Shown piece by piece: positions 46,939 through 58,398 of a stretch of DNA of 64,000 bases (the first letter of the stretch is position 1; each line of letters opens with the position of its first letter). The DNA comes from Clostridiales bacterium (GTDB lineage Bacteria; Bacillota; Clostridia; Oscillospirales; UBA644). The notes below the pieces were generated by a model. It did not search any database, was not told the DNA's origin, and saw only the letters and a list, made by a program, of their open reading frames with translations. The DNA lies in assembly GCA_016281915.1 (NCBI GenBank), contig JAEEJO010000077.1, positions 1,140 through 65,139 on the forward strand, read 5' to 3'. The position numbers were made by a program, and so were the translations under genes.

Positions 46939-48711
46939 TTATCTGTATATCGGACCGTAAGCCTGGCAGTATCTGTAATCGGCTCCTTCTTTGTCCATGC
47001 CGAACGCAGCTACCGTTGAGGGACGGAATATCTTGTCGTCGTCAACGTTATGCATGCATACGGGAATACGGAGCATGGAAGCGAGCGTGATAAGATCTGC
47101 GCCTATATGACCGTATGTAAATGCGCAGTGGTTTGCACCCCAGTTTGCCATAACGGAATAAGCGTCCTTGAACGCTCCTGTTCCGGTAAGACGGGGAGAG
47201 AACCACGTCTGAGGCCACTGCGGGTCTGTTCTGTTCGCAAGAATTTCCTGAACGTCGTCGGGAAGCGCTACGGACCAGCCTTCTGCTATCTGAATTACAG
47301 GACCGAGGTTTTTGATATAGTTTACTCTTACCATCGTCATCGGCATGCCGTCTTTTGTCTTGAAGTTAGAGCAGAAACCGCCTGCACGGAAGTATTCGAG
47401 GTTTGCATTTGCAAACGGAGTTGCTGCCATGCATTTTTCTACTTCTTCATCGGTTATTTCCCAGAAAGGTTTGCATACGGGTTTGCCGTTTTCGGTCTGT
47501 TCGCCTGAAAGGTCAAGAGAGCATGCGCCTGAGTTTGTCAGATGGATTATACCTGTTGCAGCTCTGCCTTCGGGCTTCCATTTTGTTACTCTTTCGATCG
47601 ATTCCGCATTCCAGAAAGTTCTTACGTCAGCAAATCCTGCCGCTCTGTCTGAAACAAGGTGAGAAAGAAGCATTGCAACGCCGTTGAGCGCATCGTTTTC
47701 GGTCGCTACAACGAAGGGTTCGCGGGTTCCGTTCCAGTCAAACGAAGAACAGAGCATAGCCTCAAGGAAGTCTCCGTTGGGCATATGGTCGGTCCACTGT
47801 CTCTGTCCCTGGAATCCTGCAGCAATAGCGTTGTGGCCGTTGCTTTCTTCTATCCAGCCGATCTCTGCGAGCTTGGGATTGCCTATCATAAGGTCTCTTG
47901 CAATAAGAAACATTTTTACGCAAGTTTCCCAGTTTTTATCCTTCTGCTCTCTTGTCAGCGGTTTTGCATTGATCTCAATGCCTTCCTTGCAGTGCTTTTT
48001 AACCCATACCATAGCTTTGTCGAATTCTTCGTGATCGTATATCTCAAGATCGATCCTTCTTCTGAATTCAACCATATCTATATATTCGTTTCTCATACCG
48101 AGATAGTTCTGGAATACTTCTTCGTTCGGTATGGAACCGCCGATACCCATGGCAACGTTGCCCATTGCAAGATAACTCTTGCCTTTAAGCGTTGCAACCG
48201 CAAGACCGGCTTTTACAAAACGGAGTATTTTTTCCTGAACGTCTTCGGGGATTGACGTGTCGTCCTTATCTTTAACGTCTTTTCCATAGATACCGAATGC
48301 GGGAAGTCCCTTCTGGCTATGGCTTGCAAGGGCCGAAGCGAGATATACCGCGCCCGGTCTTTCTGTTCCGTTAAAGCCCCAGATAGCCGTAGGAACTCCG
48401 GGGACCTGATGAGTCGTTTCCGTTCCGTAGCACCAGCACGGGGTAACCGTGAGAACAACGCCTACTCCTTCTCTGTCAAATTTATCCTGACATGCCGCAG
48501 CTTCCGCTACGCCGCCAATGCAGGTATCGGCAATTACGCATTCAACCTTTTCACCTGAAGCATGATGAAGATTAGACGTAATCAGATCGGCTGCGCTTTT
48601 GGCCATATTCATGGTTTGATCTTCAAGCGATTCACGCGGTCCGAAACGTCTGCCGTCTATACAGGGACGGATACCTACTTTGGGCAATCTGCCTTTAAGT
48701 CTGTTTGCCAT
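46939..48711 (-). CDS. fucI: L-fucose isomerase
   Basis: 590 aa; N-terminal [14 protein letters not shown], consistent with FucI length and pattern. Confidence 0.9.
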   Translation of the reverse strand: MANRLKGRLPKVGIRPCIDGRRFGPRESLEDQTMNMAKSAADLITSNLHHASGEKVECVIADTCIGGVAEAAACQDKFDREGVGVVLTVTPCWCYGTETTHQVPGVPTAIWGFNGTERPGAVYLASALASHSQKGLPAFGIYGKDVKDKDDTSIPEDVQEKILRFVKAGLAVATLKGKSYLAMGNVAMGIGGSIPNEEVFQNYLGMRNEYIDMVEFRRRIDLEIYDHEEFDKAMVWVKKHCKEGIEINAKPLTREQKDKNWETCVKMFLIARDLMIGNPKLAEIGWIEESNGHNAIAAGFQGQRQWTDHMPNGDFLEAMLCSSFDWNGTREPFVVATENDALNGVAMLLSHLVSDRAAGFADVRTFWNAESIERVTKWKPEGRAATGIIHLTNSGACSLDLSGEQTENGKPVCKPFWEITDEEVEKCMAATPFANANLEYFRAGGFCSNFKTKDGMPMTMVRVNYIKNLGPVIQIAEGWSVALPDDVQEILANRTDPQWPQTWFSPRLTGTGAFKDAYSVMANWGANHCAFTYGHIGADLITLASMLRIPVCMHNVDDDKIFRPSTVAAFGMDKEGADYRYCQAYGPIYR

Positions 48712-48756
48712 AGCAGTAATCTCCTTAAATATAATATAATTTTATTTTCTTGTTTT

Positions 48757-48785
48757 ATTATATCATCGTCAAAATTATTTGTCAA
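48757..48785 (-). promoter_or_regulatory. Perfect-consensus sigma-A promoter for fucI
   Basis: Minus strand: TTGACA, 17 bp, TATAAT with an extended TGa. Confidence 0.6.
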
Positions 48786-48849
48786 GCACTTTTGAAAATA
48801 TAGTCCGATTTTTATATTTTGTTTTTTGTCGGTTCAATAAAAATTACAC

Positions 48850-48878
48850 TTGAATTTTGGTTTGCGGTATGCTATAAT
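48850..48878 (+). promoter_or_regulatory. Sigma-A-type promoter for DUF4838/lipoprotein pair
   Basis: TTGAAT, 17 bp, TATAAT. Confidence 0.55.
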
Positions 48879-48920
48879 AATATAAAATCTAAATGTGGAT
48901 ATTAATAAAGGAGCGGAAGT

Positions 48921-50600
48921 ATGAAGATTATAGACAGACATTCCTCCGTTATGGAAATAGCGGTCCCAAAGAAAAACGATACCACCGAAAGAGCTGCGCA
49001 AATTCTGCAAAAGTATATTTCTGATGTTTCAGACTGTATGCTGCCTGTCGCAGAAAGAATATGCGAAAAATGCCTTAAAAACAAAATAGTGCTTGACTTT
49101 GAGCCTTTTATGTTTACACCGTGCGATTATCCCGATCTCGGCGAAGAGGGCTTTATTATCTGTGAAAAAGAATCTTCCGTGTTTATTCTCGCGGCAGGGG
49201 AATCTTCCCTTATTTACGGATGCTACGAATTTCTTGAGAAATATTTCGGCTGCTTATGGCTGACGTCTTCCGTTGACTATATTCCGCACCGCTGTACGGT
49301 CGAGATACCCGACGGAATGTTTGAAATCCACACCCCCGCAATAAACTACAGGGAGGTCTTTTATCGTGATGCATGGGATCCCGCCTTTGCCGAAAAACAA
49401 AAGCTCAACGGACAGTTTTCATACGTTAAAGGTAAAAAAATCCGTGAGGGACATAAAAACTGGGGTTTCTGGTGCCATTCCTTTTTCAGTCTTGTTCCTC
49501 CCGAAGATTATTTTGACGATCATCCCGAATATTTCTCTCTGGTCGACGGCGAAAGGGTCAATAACGGACAGCTTTGCTGCACAAATGACGAAATGATAAA
49601 TGTCGCAATCGAAAATCTCAGAAAATTCATTGCGCAAAAGCCGGACGCTAAATACTGGTCTGTATCGCAAAACGACAACGGGCGTTTCTGCACTTGCGAA
49701 AAATGCAGAAAACTTGACGAAGAAGCAGGATCTCACATCGGCTCGATCATGTATTTTGTCAACAAGGTCGCAGAAGCTTTCCCCGAAAAGATCATTTCAA
49801 CGCTCTCTTACTGGTATAGCAGAACTGCTCCTAAAAAAATAGAAATGCGCGATAATGTTCATATTATGCTTTGCAACATCGAGTGCGACAGGTCAAAACC
49901 TATTCCGGAAAACCCGCAGTGCGAAAGCTTCGTAAAAGATATGGCTGTGTGGCATAAATACTGCGGCAACATTTTCTTATGGGATTACGATATTCAGTTC
50001 TCAAACCTTATCTCTCCGTTCCCGAATTTCAGAGTTATAGGACCGAATATGCGATATTTTTATGAGAACAACGTCCGCTCGATCTTCAATCAGGGCAATC
50101 GCGAACAAAACGGTGATTTCTGGGCTCTTCGAGCATATCTTCTTGCAAAACTGTCGTGGGATCCATACTGTGATGTTGAAAAACTGAAGCATGACTTTAT
50201 CTGCGCGTATTACGGCGCCGCTGCACCCTATATAGAAAGATATCTCGACCTTATGGCAGATGAGCTTGAAAAGTCAGGAGAAAGCTTGTCTATTTTCGGT
50301 CAGCCGCAGGACGAGAAATTCCTTTCAAAAGAGCTGATTCCCGCATATCTTTCTCTTTTCAACGACGCTGAAAATGCTGTTAAAGACGATAAAACCCTTC
50401 TTTTGCGCGTCGAAGAGGACAAGCTGGGTCTTGTTTATGTTATCCTGAAGGCAAAACTATACGACAGCGAGGAAGAGAAACAAGCATTGATGTCATTTTT
50501 CAGAAGAGTTGCCGATGAAACAGGTCTTGAAAAAGTAGAAGAGTGGACTGTCACGGTTGATATGTTCCTTGAATCAGTTGACAAAACCGGTAATATATGA
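48921..50600 (+). CDS. DUF4838 domain protein (glycoside-hydrolase-like)
   Basis: 559 aa with no signal peptide. It has a CTCEKCRKLDEEAG Cys cluster, and the overall pattern is recalled from the DUF4838 family. Confidence 0.5.
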   Translation: MKIIDRHSSVMEIAVPKKNDTTERAAQILQKYISDVSDCMLPVAERICEKCLKNKIVLDFEPFMFTPCDYPDLGEEGFIICEKESSVFILAAGESSLIYGCYEFLEKYFGCLWLTSSVDYIPHRCTVEIPDGMFEIHTPAINYREVFYRDAWDPAFAEKQKLNGQFSYVKGKKIREGHKNWGFWCHSFFSLVPPEDYFDDHPEYFSLVDGERVNNGQLCCTNDEMINVAIENLRKFIAQKPDAKYWSVSQNDNGRFCTCEKCRKLDEEAGSHIGSIMYFVNKVAEAFPEKIISTLSYWYSRTAPKKIEMRDNVHIMLCNIECDRSKPIPENPQCESFVKDMAVWHKYCGNIFLWDYDIQFSNLISPFPNFRVIGPNMRYFYENNVRSIFNQGNREQNGDFWALRAYLLAKLSWDPYCDVEKLKHDFICAYYGAAAPYIERYLDLMADELEKSGESLSIFGQPQDEKFLSKELIPAYLSLFNDAENAVKDDKTLLLRVEEDKLGLVYVILKAKLYDSEEEKQALMSFFRRVADETGLEKVEEWTVTVDMFLESVDKTGNI

Positions 50601-50632
50601 TTTAAATAATATTTTAAGTTTAGAGGTGGATT

Positions 50633-52051
50633 ATGAAAAACAGACGTGTGTTAAATATCGTTTCCCTGGTTCTGTGCGCCCTGATGATCTTTCTTGTTTC
50701 ATGCTCAGCACAACAGGCAGAGGAAATAATACCCGAATACTCTTCAGATATTACGGGCGATCTTGATCTTAACGGCAAAAACTTTGTTTTCGGTATGGTA
50801 AAGGATTATTTCTTTGAAGGTAAAGATTCCGTCCTTACTTTTATTTACAATACCGAATTCGGCGATCTTGCTCTTAAACGACTCCGTGACGTTGAAAACA
50901 AACACAACTGCACGATCGAATTCCGTTATGTTCCGAGAGCCGGAGAAGCTGCATATCTTGATGCGATGTCTGGTACGTATTCTCTCGATCTTATACAGGA
51001 AGAGTCATACTGGCTTGTCGGCTATATCCCTACCGGAATTTTTACCGATCTTGCTCTTCTTGAAAATATTGACGTTACAGACCAGGCAAAATGGGGAAAC
51101 AAACAGCTCCTTCTTTCCACAATGTGGAACGGGGCGGTTTACGGAGTCGTTCCCGCCCTTCATCCGCTCAGAACTCAAAACTCGGTTGCCGGAATAATAG
51201 GTATAAACGAAGATTTTATATCTACCCTTGGTGTAACGGACCCGCGCGATTTCTATGAAAACGGTACGTGGAACTGGGATACTTTTACCGACGTCCTCAA
51301 CAATTACACGTTCAGCGCAATGAGCGGAGACAAGGTTTACTCATTTGCATGCGATGCAAGCCGCTTTGTCAGGTCTGTCGCATTTTCTAACGGTGACGAG
51401 TATATTACATATAACAGTAAGGAAGATTCTTTCGAACTCGGTCTTTATACCGATACCGCGCTGCTTGCTCTTAACCAGTGGTATGAATGGATGAACGGAC
51501 CGACGTCATATAACATCCTCAATGAGCCCGGACTCGACCCCCTTATAACGGGACGTGCGGTCCTCGGCAATCTTGATGCATTTGAGGTCCTTTCAAATAC
51601 AGATTCCGTTGCGTATAATCTGGACAATTACGGCATAGTTCCTTATCCCAACGGACCTGACGCCGCTCCCGGATGGTATCAGGCATATAATGAATCTACC
51701 GATTTTACTATCTGTATTCCCGTAACGTCTCCCGATCCCGAGGCAACCGCCGTTGTTATGGACAGCCTTTATGAACCGTTCGAAGGATATACTACAAAAG
51801 AGGATATCATAGACTACCTCGATAAAAATTATTTCCTCGATCCCCGTGATTCAGCATTGTTCTATGAGCTTTCAGACGTAAAAAACACGTATTTCTTCGC
51901 AACTATGGACGGACTTTTCGATATCTGGAACGACTTCCTTGTCCGAACACCCTCTGAAACACTTGGAAAGTTCCACGATATCCAGTATGAAAAATCAGAG
52001 AAAAATCTTCTTCCGCGTCTCAGAACTGCATACGAAATATACGGAGAATAA
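50633..52051 (+). CDS. Extracellular solute-binding-protein-like lipoprotein (orphan; paralog of 31422..32846)
   Basis: Signal peptide with lipobox FLVSC; 472 aa. Its start is 32 nt after the DUF4838 stop and has a GAGGTGG RBS. Confidence 0.65.
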   Translation: MKNRRVLNIVSLVLCALMIFLVSCSAQQAEEIIPEYSSDITGDLDLNGKNFVFGMVKDYFFEGKDSVLTFIYNTEFGDLALKRLRDVENKHNCTIEFRYVPRAGEAAYLDAMSGTYSLDLIQEESYWLVGYIPTGIFTDLALLENIDVTDQAKWGNKQLLLSTMWNGAVYGVVPALHPLRTQNSVAGIIGINEDFISTLGVTDPRDFYENGTWNWDTFTDVLNNYTFSAMSGDKVYSFACDASRFVRSVAFSNGDEYITYNSKEDSFELGLYTDTALLALNQWYEWMNGPTSYNILNEPGLDPLITGRAVLGNLDAFEVLSNTDSVAYNLDNYGIVPYPNGPDAAPGWYQAYNESTDFTICIPVTSPDPEATAVVMDSLYEPFEGYTTKEDIIDYLDKNYFLDPRDSALFYELSDVKNTYFFATMDGLFDIWNDFLVRTPSETLGKFHDIQYEKSEKNLLPRLRTAYEIYGE

Positions 52052-52068
52052 ACGAATAACAGCATAAT

Positions 52069-52103
52069 AAAAGGTCCTCTTATACGTTGAATAAGAGGAC
52101 TTT
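52069..52103. terminator. Bidirectional intrinsic terminator
   Basis: GTCCTCTTAT / ATAAGAGGAC perfect stem with a 7-nt loop, flanked by AAAAG and CTTTAA. Confidence 0.8.
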
Positions 52104-52125
52104 AATTATCAGATTATTACAACTT

Positions 52126-53061
52126 TCATTTGCCGCGTTTAAAACAAAGAAGGGTTCCCGTAAAAGATATGCTCAGAATAAGAGGGAAAAGAACGGAGAG
52201 ATCGGAAGTTGACGGATTTTTTTCTGCCGTTGCTTTTTTATCATACGTTTCGAAGTAAAATAACTCATAATCATTTTTAAAGGTGGTTTGAGCTATTCTC
52301 CAGCCGTTTTCCGTGTAAAAAAAGCCTACGTAGAAATCATCATACGCTCCCACACCATCAAGGTCGTGCATATCGTTATCAAATTGAATAGTAACACGGT
52401 ATAAATGCCATAATCCGTTTTCGGAAGCAAAAACCTCGGTAACAGCAAAATTTTCGGAGTCAAATGTGAACTGCGCAACTTTTCCGCCAATATCATAAAG
52501 CTCATTTCCGAATGAAGTGATAGTTGTGTCTTGAAGATAATGTTCGGCGATGTTTTTCGTAAATACTGTTTTCAGATAATCCGTAAATTTAGCGGCTGTT
52601 GAAAAATCATCAAGCAGGGGGTATTTTTCGATTCCGTAATCATTTATCGGAGTTTTTGTATAATCAAGTATTTCGGTGTTGTCGTAAAGGTCTGTTTTAA
52701 AAAGCCATAACCTTTTTGATATCATTGTTCTTGCTTCGTCCAAAGACAGGCCGGACGGTGTCTTCTCTGGAAGATAATTCATTATTCCGTCTTCGGAAAT
52801 CTTAACTTTTACGCAGACGTCGATATAATCAATAGGTTCATTTCCTATATCCAGGCTTTTTATGGAAACTACGGTAAGAACGGCGTTCTCTGCATCATAG
52901 TAAAACTTGATTCTTTCGGCATTTTCAAATTGCCTGGAATTCGATACTACTTTTGATACGGTATCATTCATTGTTTCCGCGCAGAAAAACGAGGTGAACA
53001 GGAAAACAGAAAGCATTGCAACCGATACTGTCAGAGCAATGGTTTTAAGAATTTGTTTCAT
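52126..53061 (-). CDS. Secreted protein of unknown function with a C-terminal NPSTSD-SVLF-TM-KRGK anchor
   Basis: N-terminal signal/TM (IALTVSVAMLSVFLFTSFFCA), a roughly 250-aa domain I do not recognise, and the C-terminal 30 aa NPSTSDLSVLFPLILSISFTGTLLCFKRGK. Confidence 0.6.
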   Translation of the reverse strand: MKQILKTIALTVSVAMLSVFLFTSFFCAETMNDTVSKVVSNSRQFENAERIKFYYDAENAVLTVVSIKSLDIGNEPIDYIDVCVKVKISEDGIMNYLPEKTPSGLSLDEARTMISKRLWLFKTDLYDNTEILDYTKTPINDYGIEKYPLLDDFSTAAKFTDYLKTVFTKNIAEHYLQDTTITSFGNELYDIGGKVAQFTFDSENFAVTEVFASENGLWHLYRVTIQFDNDMHDLDGVGAYDDFYVGFFYTENGWRIAQTTFKNDYELFYFETYDKKATAEKNPSTSDLSVLFPLILSISFTGTLLCFKRGK

Positions 53062-53085
53062 TTTTCCCTCCTTGTTATAAAATGA

Positions 53086-54225
<1,140 letters not shown>

Positions 54226-54239
54226 TCAGATCAATGAAT

Positions 54240-55280
54240 TCATCCTATAAACATCGCATCTCCGAAAGAGAAAAACCTGTATTTTTCTTTTACAGCTTCG
54301 TTATAGGCATTAAGGACGTTTTCGCGGCCTGCAAGAGCCGATACCAGCATTATCAGCGTGCTTTCAGGAAGGTGAAAATTCGTTATAAGTCTGTCTATGA
54401 CTTTAAATTCATAGGGAGGATAAATAAAAATATCCGTTTCTCCCGACATTTCGGAAAGATTGAAATTGTCTTTTGTAAAACCAAGCCTGCTGCCGGCTGT
54501 TTCAAGCGTTCTTGTGCAGGTCGTTCCTACTGCGGTAACTCTGTGTCCGTTTCTTTTGGCTCTGTTTATTATCTCAGCGGTCTTTTCCGGCAGGATGAAA
54601 AACTCGGAATGCATCTTATGCTCTTCGATTTTTTCGGTTTTTACCGGTCTGAACGTTCCGAGACCGACGTGAAGAGTTACAAACCCGATTTCAACACCCT
54701 TTGAGCGAAGTTCGTCAAGCAGTTCCTCGGTAAAATGAAGCCCCGCCGTGGGTGCTGCGACAGAACCGTCGTATTTTGCATAAACTGTCTGATATCTCCC
54801 GTAATCATCCTGTTTTTCATGTATATACGGCGGAAGCGGGATCTCTCCTATATCATTCAGCTTGTCCCTGAAATCTCCTTCAAAATTAAAACGTACAGCC
54901 CTGTTTCCGCTTTCGAATACTTCCGTTACTTCTCCGGAGATCCCTTTAACGTCGATCTCCGTTCCCTTTTTCATTTTCCTTCCGGGTTTTACAAGACATT
55001 CCCATGTGTTCGAATTGTCAAGAGGTCTGAGAAGAAAAACCTCGATCTCCGCGCCGTCTTCCTTCCTTTTTGCAAACAGTCTGGCAGGTATTACGCGTGA
55101 GTCGTTGAGTATGAGACAATCTCCGGGAACAAATTCACCAAGTATATCTCTGAATGTTCCGTGCCTTATTGCGCCTGTTTCTTTATCGAGAAACATTAGT
55201 CTTGACATATCTCTCTTCTCAGCAGGATGCTGCGCTATAAGCTCCTGCGGAAGATCATAATAAAAATCTTTAAGATCCAT
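54240..55280 (-). CDS. queA: S-adenosylmethionine:tRNA ribosyltransferase-isomerase
   Basis: [35 protein letters not shown]. Start moved to ATG 55280 (GAGGA RBS), because the listed start at 55343 overlaps the asd promoter -35. Confidence 0.9.
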   Translation of the reverse strand: MDLKDFYYDLPQELIAQHPAEKRDMSRLMFLDKETGAIRHGTFRDILGEFVPGDCLILNDSRVIPARLFAKRKEDGAEIEVFLLRPLDNSNTWECLVKPGRKMKKGTEIDVKGISGEVTEVFESGNRAVRFNFEGDFRDKLNDIGEIPLPPYIHEKQDDYGRYQTVYAKYDGSVAAPTAGLHFTEELLDELRSKGVEIGFVTLHVGLGTFRPVKTEKIEEHKMHSEFFILPEKTAEIINRAKRNGHRVTAVGTTCTRTLETAGSRLGFTKDNFNLSEMSGETDIFIYPPYEFKVIDRLITNFHLPESTLIMLVSALAGRENVLNAYNEAVKEKYRFFSFGDAMFIG

Positions 55281-55336
55281 TATATCCTCAGTTTCGGTTA
55301 GCTTTATGTCATTTGTTAAAATTTTTATTTTCGGTG

Positions 55337-55365
55337 TTGACATATCACTTAAAATCTGTTATACT
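55337..55365 (+). promoter_or_regulatory. Sigma-A-type promoter for the L-box/asd operon
   Basis: TTGACA, 17 bp, TATACT, 13 nt upstream of the riboswitch P1. Confidence 0.55.
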
Positions 55366-55367
55366 TA

Positions 55368-55396
55368 ATTATAACTTGATAGAGGCGCGTTGTCAA
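55368..55396 (-). promoter_or_regulatory. Perfect-consensus sigma-A promoter for queA-tgt
   Basis: Minus strand: TTGACA, 17 bp, TATAAT. The -35 lies within DNA encoding the first nucleotides of the L-box. Confidence 0.55.
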
Positions 55397-55556
55397 TAAG
55401 TATTTCGCTAAATTTCGATAAAATTCGGATTGTTGTCCCTGTCAGCAGCGAAAGAAAGGTGCCATCGCCGAGGAGATGACTTAGCGGGAAAAGTCATTGT
55501 CCGGACGAGCAGTGAATAACTGCCCGGCTGTTACCGTAATCCGGTATTGAGCTATC
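55378..55556 (+). promoter_or_regulatory. Lysine riboswitch (L-box)
   Basis: It starts GATAGAGGCGC (conserved AGAGGCGC), has internal GCCGAGGAG, and ends TTGAGCTATC, which pairs back to GATAG (P1). It is about 180 nt long and lies upstream of lysine/DAP biosynthesis genes. Confidence 0.8.
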
Positions 55557-55584
55557 TGTTGCAATATAATTTATGATTTTATTG

Positions 55585-55620
55585 ACGACGGAGCTTTTTC
55601 CGTCGTTTTGCATATTTTGA
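55585..55620 (+). terminator. L-box expression-platform terminator
   Basis: ACGACGGA / TCCGTCGT stem with a 6-nt loop, then TTTGCATATTTT, ending 15 nt before the asd ATG. Confidence 0.75.
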
Positions 55621-55635
55621 AGTGGAGAAAATGGA

Positions 55636-56715
55636 ATGAAAAATTATAAAGTAGGAATAATCGGTGCGACCGGCATGGTAGGACAGCGCTTTGCCGTTTT
55701 GCTCGAAAATCATCCGTGGTTTACAGTCACCGCGCTTGCAGCATCTGCAAGATCAGCCGGTAAAAAATACGAAGATGCCGTCAGCGGAAAATGGCTGATG
55801 TCATCGCCGATCCCGGAAAAGCTGAAAGATCTCGTTGTTATGGACGCTTCAGCTGATAAAGAAAAAATCGCGTCATCAGTCGATTTCGTTTTCTGTGCGG
55901 TCGATATGAAAAAAGAAGAGATCAAGGCTCTTGAAGAATCTTACGCAAAACTTGAATGTCCCGTAATGTCCAACAATTCGGCAAACAGATTTACAGACGA
56001 TGTGCCCATGATAATTCCCGAAGTCAATCCTGATCATATTCAGATCGTAGAAGCGCAGAAAAAAAGACTCGGAACGAAACGCGGCTTTATTTCAGTCAAA
56101 TCCAACTGCTCCATACAAAGCTATGTTCCCGCGCTCCAGCCGCTAAGGAAATTCGGAATATCAAGAATACTTGCATGCACGTATCAGGCAATTTCGGGAG
56201 CAGGAAAAAATTTCGATACGTGGCCGGAAATGCAGGATAATCTTATTCCGTATATAGCCGGCGAAGAAGAAAAATCCGAAAAAGAACCGCTCAAGGTCTG
56301 GGGCAGAGTTGAGGGAAACAGAATCGTTAGCGCAAGCGCCCCGCTTATTACCACGCAATGTCTGCGTGTTCCCGTTTCGGACGGACATTTTGCCGCAGTA
56401 TTCGTCTCATTTGATAAAAAACCTTCCAAAGATGAGATAATTTCGCTGTGGAACGATTATAAGGGAGAGCCTCAGCTGCTTTCTCTTCCGTCCGCACCTA
56501 AACAGTTCATCCATTATTTTGAAGAGGACAATTACCCTCAGGCAAAGCTTCACAGAAACCTTGAAAACGGAATGGCTGTTTCAGTCGGCAGACTTCGCGA
56601 AGATACTCAGTATGATTATAAATTCGTATCACTGTCTCACAATACTGTTCGGGGCGCTGCCGGAGGAGCTATCGAAATGGCTGAGCTTTACGCTGCAAAA
56701 GGTTATTTTGACTGA
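55636..56715 (+). CDS. asd: Aspartate-semialdehyde dehydrogenase
   Basis: VGIIGATGMVGQRF, SNCS active-site Cys region, VRVPVSDGH, 359 aa. Confidence 0.9.
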   Translation: MKNYKVGIIGATGMVGQRFAVLLENHPWFTVTALAASARSAGKKYEDAVSGKWLMSSPIPEKLKDLVVMDASADKEKIASSVDFVFCAVDMKKEEIKALEESYAKLECPVMSNNSANRFTDDVPMIIPEVNPDHIQIVEAQKKRLGTKRGFISVKSNCSIQSYVPALQPLRKFGISRILACTYQAISGAGKNFDTWPEMQDNLIPYIAGEEEKSEKEPLKVWGRVEGNRIVSASAPLITTQCLRVPVSDGHFAAVFVSFDKKPSKDEIISLWNDYKGEPQLLSLPSAPKQFIHYFEEDNYPQAKLHRNLENGMAVSVGRLREDTQYDYKFVSLSHNTVRGAAGGAIEMAELYAAKGYFD

Positions 56716-56731
56716 TATCGGAGAATGAATT

Positions 56732-57610
56732 ATGAAAAAAACAGTATTTACCGGCGCAGGTGTTGCGATCGTCACACCTTTCAACAAAGATCTGTCCGTC
56801 AATTATAAAAAACTCGAAGAGCTCATAGAGTATCAGATAGCGAATAAAACCGATGCGATCATTATCTGCGGCACAACAGGAGAAGCATCCACTCTTACCG
56901 ATGACGAACACAAAGACGTTATCCGTTTCGCGGTGGAAAAAACTGCGGGCAGGATCCCTGTTATTGCCGGTACGGGCAGCAATGATACCGCATATGCCAT
57001 CGAGCTTACAAGATTTGCAAAGGAAGCCGGAGCAGACGCATATCTTAACGTCACTCCTTACTATAACAAAACAACTCAGCTCGGCCTTATCAGACATTTT
57101 ACCGCAATTGCCGATGCTGTCGACCTTCCATGCATTCTTTACAATGTTCCGGGCAGGACGGGTATGACCATTAAGCCTGAAACGTATAAAGAGCTTTCAA
57201 TGCACCCCAATATAGTTGCAACAAAAGAAGCAAGCGGAAACGTTGCGGATATAGTGCATATCCGTTCGCTTTGCGGAGACGACCTTGATATTTATTCCGG
57301 AGAAGACGGCCTCATCACTCCGATCCTTTCGCTCGGCGCCAAGGGCGTTATCTCCGTTCTTTCGAATGTCATTCCGAGAGAAACACATGATATATGCGAG
57401 AAATTCTTTAAAGGCGATACCAAAGCCTCCGCAGATCTTCAGATAAAATACAGTAAACTCATCGATGCTTTGTTTATCGAAACAAATCCCATCCCCGTAA
57501 AAGCTGCTTTGAATATTCTCGGTTTTGATGTCGGCGAATGCCGTCTTCCGTTATGTGAAATGAGCCCATCAAATCTTGAAACGCTGAAAAAAGCGCTTGA
57601 AATAATATAA
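56732..57610 (+). CDS. dapA: 4-hydroxy-tetrahydrodipicolinate synthase
   Basis: GVAIVTPF, GTTGEASTL, TPYYNK, YNVPGRTG, and the active-site Lys region ATKEASG. Confidence 0.95.
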   Translation: MKKTVFTGAGVAIVTPFNKDLSVNYKKLEELIEYQIANKTDAIIICGTTGEASTLTDDEHKDVIRFAVEKTAGRIPVIAGTGSNDTAYAIELTRFAKEAGADAYLNVTPYYNKTTQLGLIRHFTAIADAVDLPCILYNVPGRTGMTIKPETYKELSMHPNIVATKEASGNVADIVHIRSLCGDDLDIYSGEDGLITPILSLGAKGVISVLSNVIPRETHDICEKFFKGDTKASADLQIKYSKLIDALFIETNPIPVKAALNILGFDVGECRLPLCEMSPSNLETLKKALEII

Positions 57611-57632
57611 ATACCGATAGTGAGGAATAGAT

Positions 57633-58394
57633 ATGACTGATATTTTGCTGTGCGGATGCCTCGGTGTTATGGGAAAAATGATAACCGAAGCTTCTTTATC
57701 GACACGTTTTTCCGATAAATTGCGTATATGCGCCGGCGTAGACGTTAAAGACGGCGGAACAGATTCTTTTCCCGTTTTCAGATCCATATCCGATGTTGAT
57801 TTTCCTGAAGGTGCGCTTATTGATTTCTCTCATCCGTCACTTCTTTCCGATATTCTCGGTTATGCCGTCAGATATTCCGTTCCGGCAGTTCTTGCAACAA
57901 CCGGTTATACAGAAGAGCAGAAAACAGAGATCAGAAAAGCGTCCGAGAAGATACCGGTATTCTTTTCGCCCAATATGTCTCTTGGTGTAAACGTCCTTGC
58001 AGAGCTCGTCAAAATGGCTGCGGAAGCTTTCGGCGAGGATTTTGACGTAGAAATCATCGAAAAGCATCATAACCGCAAACTCGATGCTCCATCAGGAACA
58101 GCGCTTATGCTTGCCGATGCCGTTACTGAGGCGGAAAACAGGCCTATGAACCGCGTTTTCGACCGCTCTTGCGAAAGAAGGGCGAGGTCTAAAAACGATA
58201 TCGGCATCCACTCCGTTCGGGGCGGAACGATAGTAGGGGAGCACGACGTTATTTTTGCAGGTGAAGACGAAGTAATAACAATAAGCCACAGCGCGGGATC
58301 AAGAAGGATCTTTGCAAACGGTGCGCTGCGCGCAGCGCTCTTTATAAACGGCAAACCCGCAGGTCTCTACACTATGCGCGATCTTATAAAATGA
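57633..58394 (+). CDS. dapB: 4-hydroxy-tetrahydrodipicolinate reductase
   Basis: EIIEKHHNRKLDAPSGTAL (the E-x-HH-x-K-x-DAPSGTA signature) and IHSVRGG.IVGEH. Confidence 0.95.
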   Translation: MTDILLCGCLGVMGKMITEASLSTRFSDKLRICAGVDVKDGGTDSFPVFRSISDVDFPEGALIDFSHPSLLSDILGYAVRYSVPAVLATTGYTEEQKTEIRKASEKIPVFFSPNMSLGVNVLAELVKMAAEAFGEDFDVEIIEKHHNRKLDAPSGTALMLADAVTEAENRPMNRVFDRSCERRARSKNDIGIHSVRGGTIVGEHDVIFAGEDEVITISHSAGSRRIFANGALRAALFINGKPAGLYTMRDLIK

Positions 58395-58398
58395 GGTA

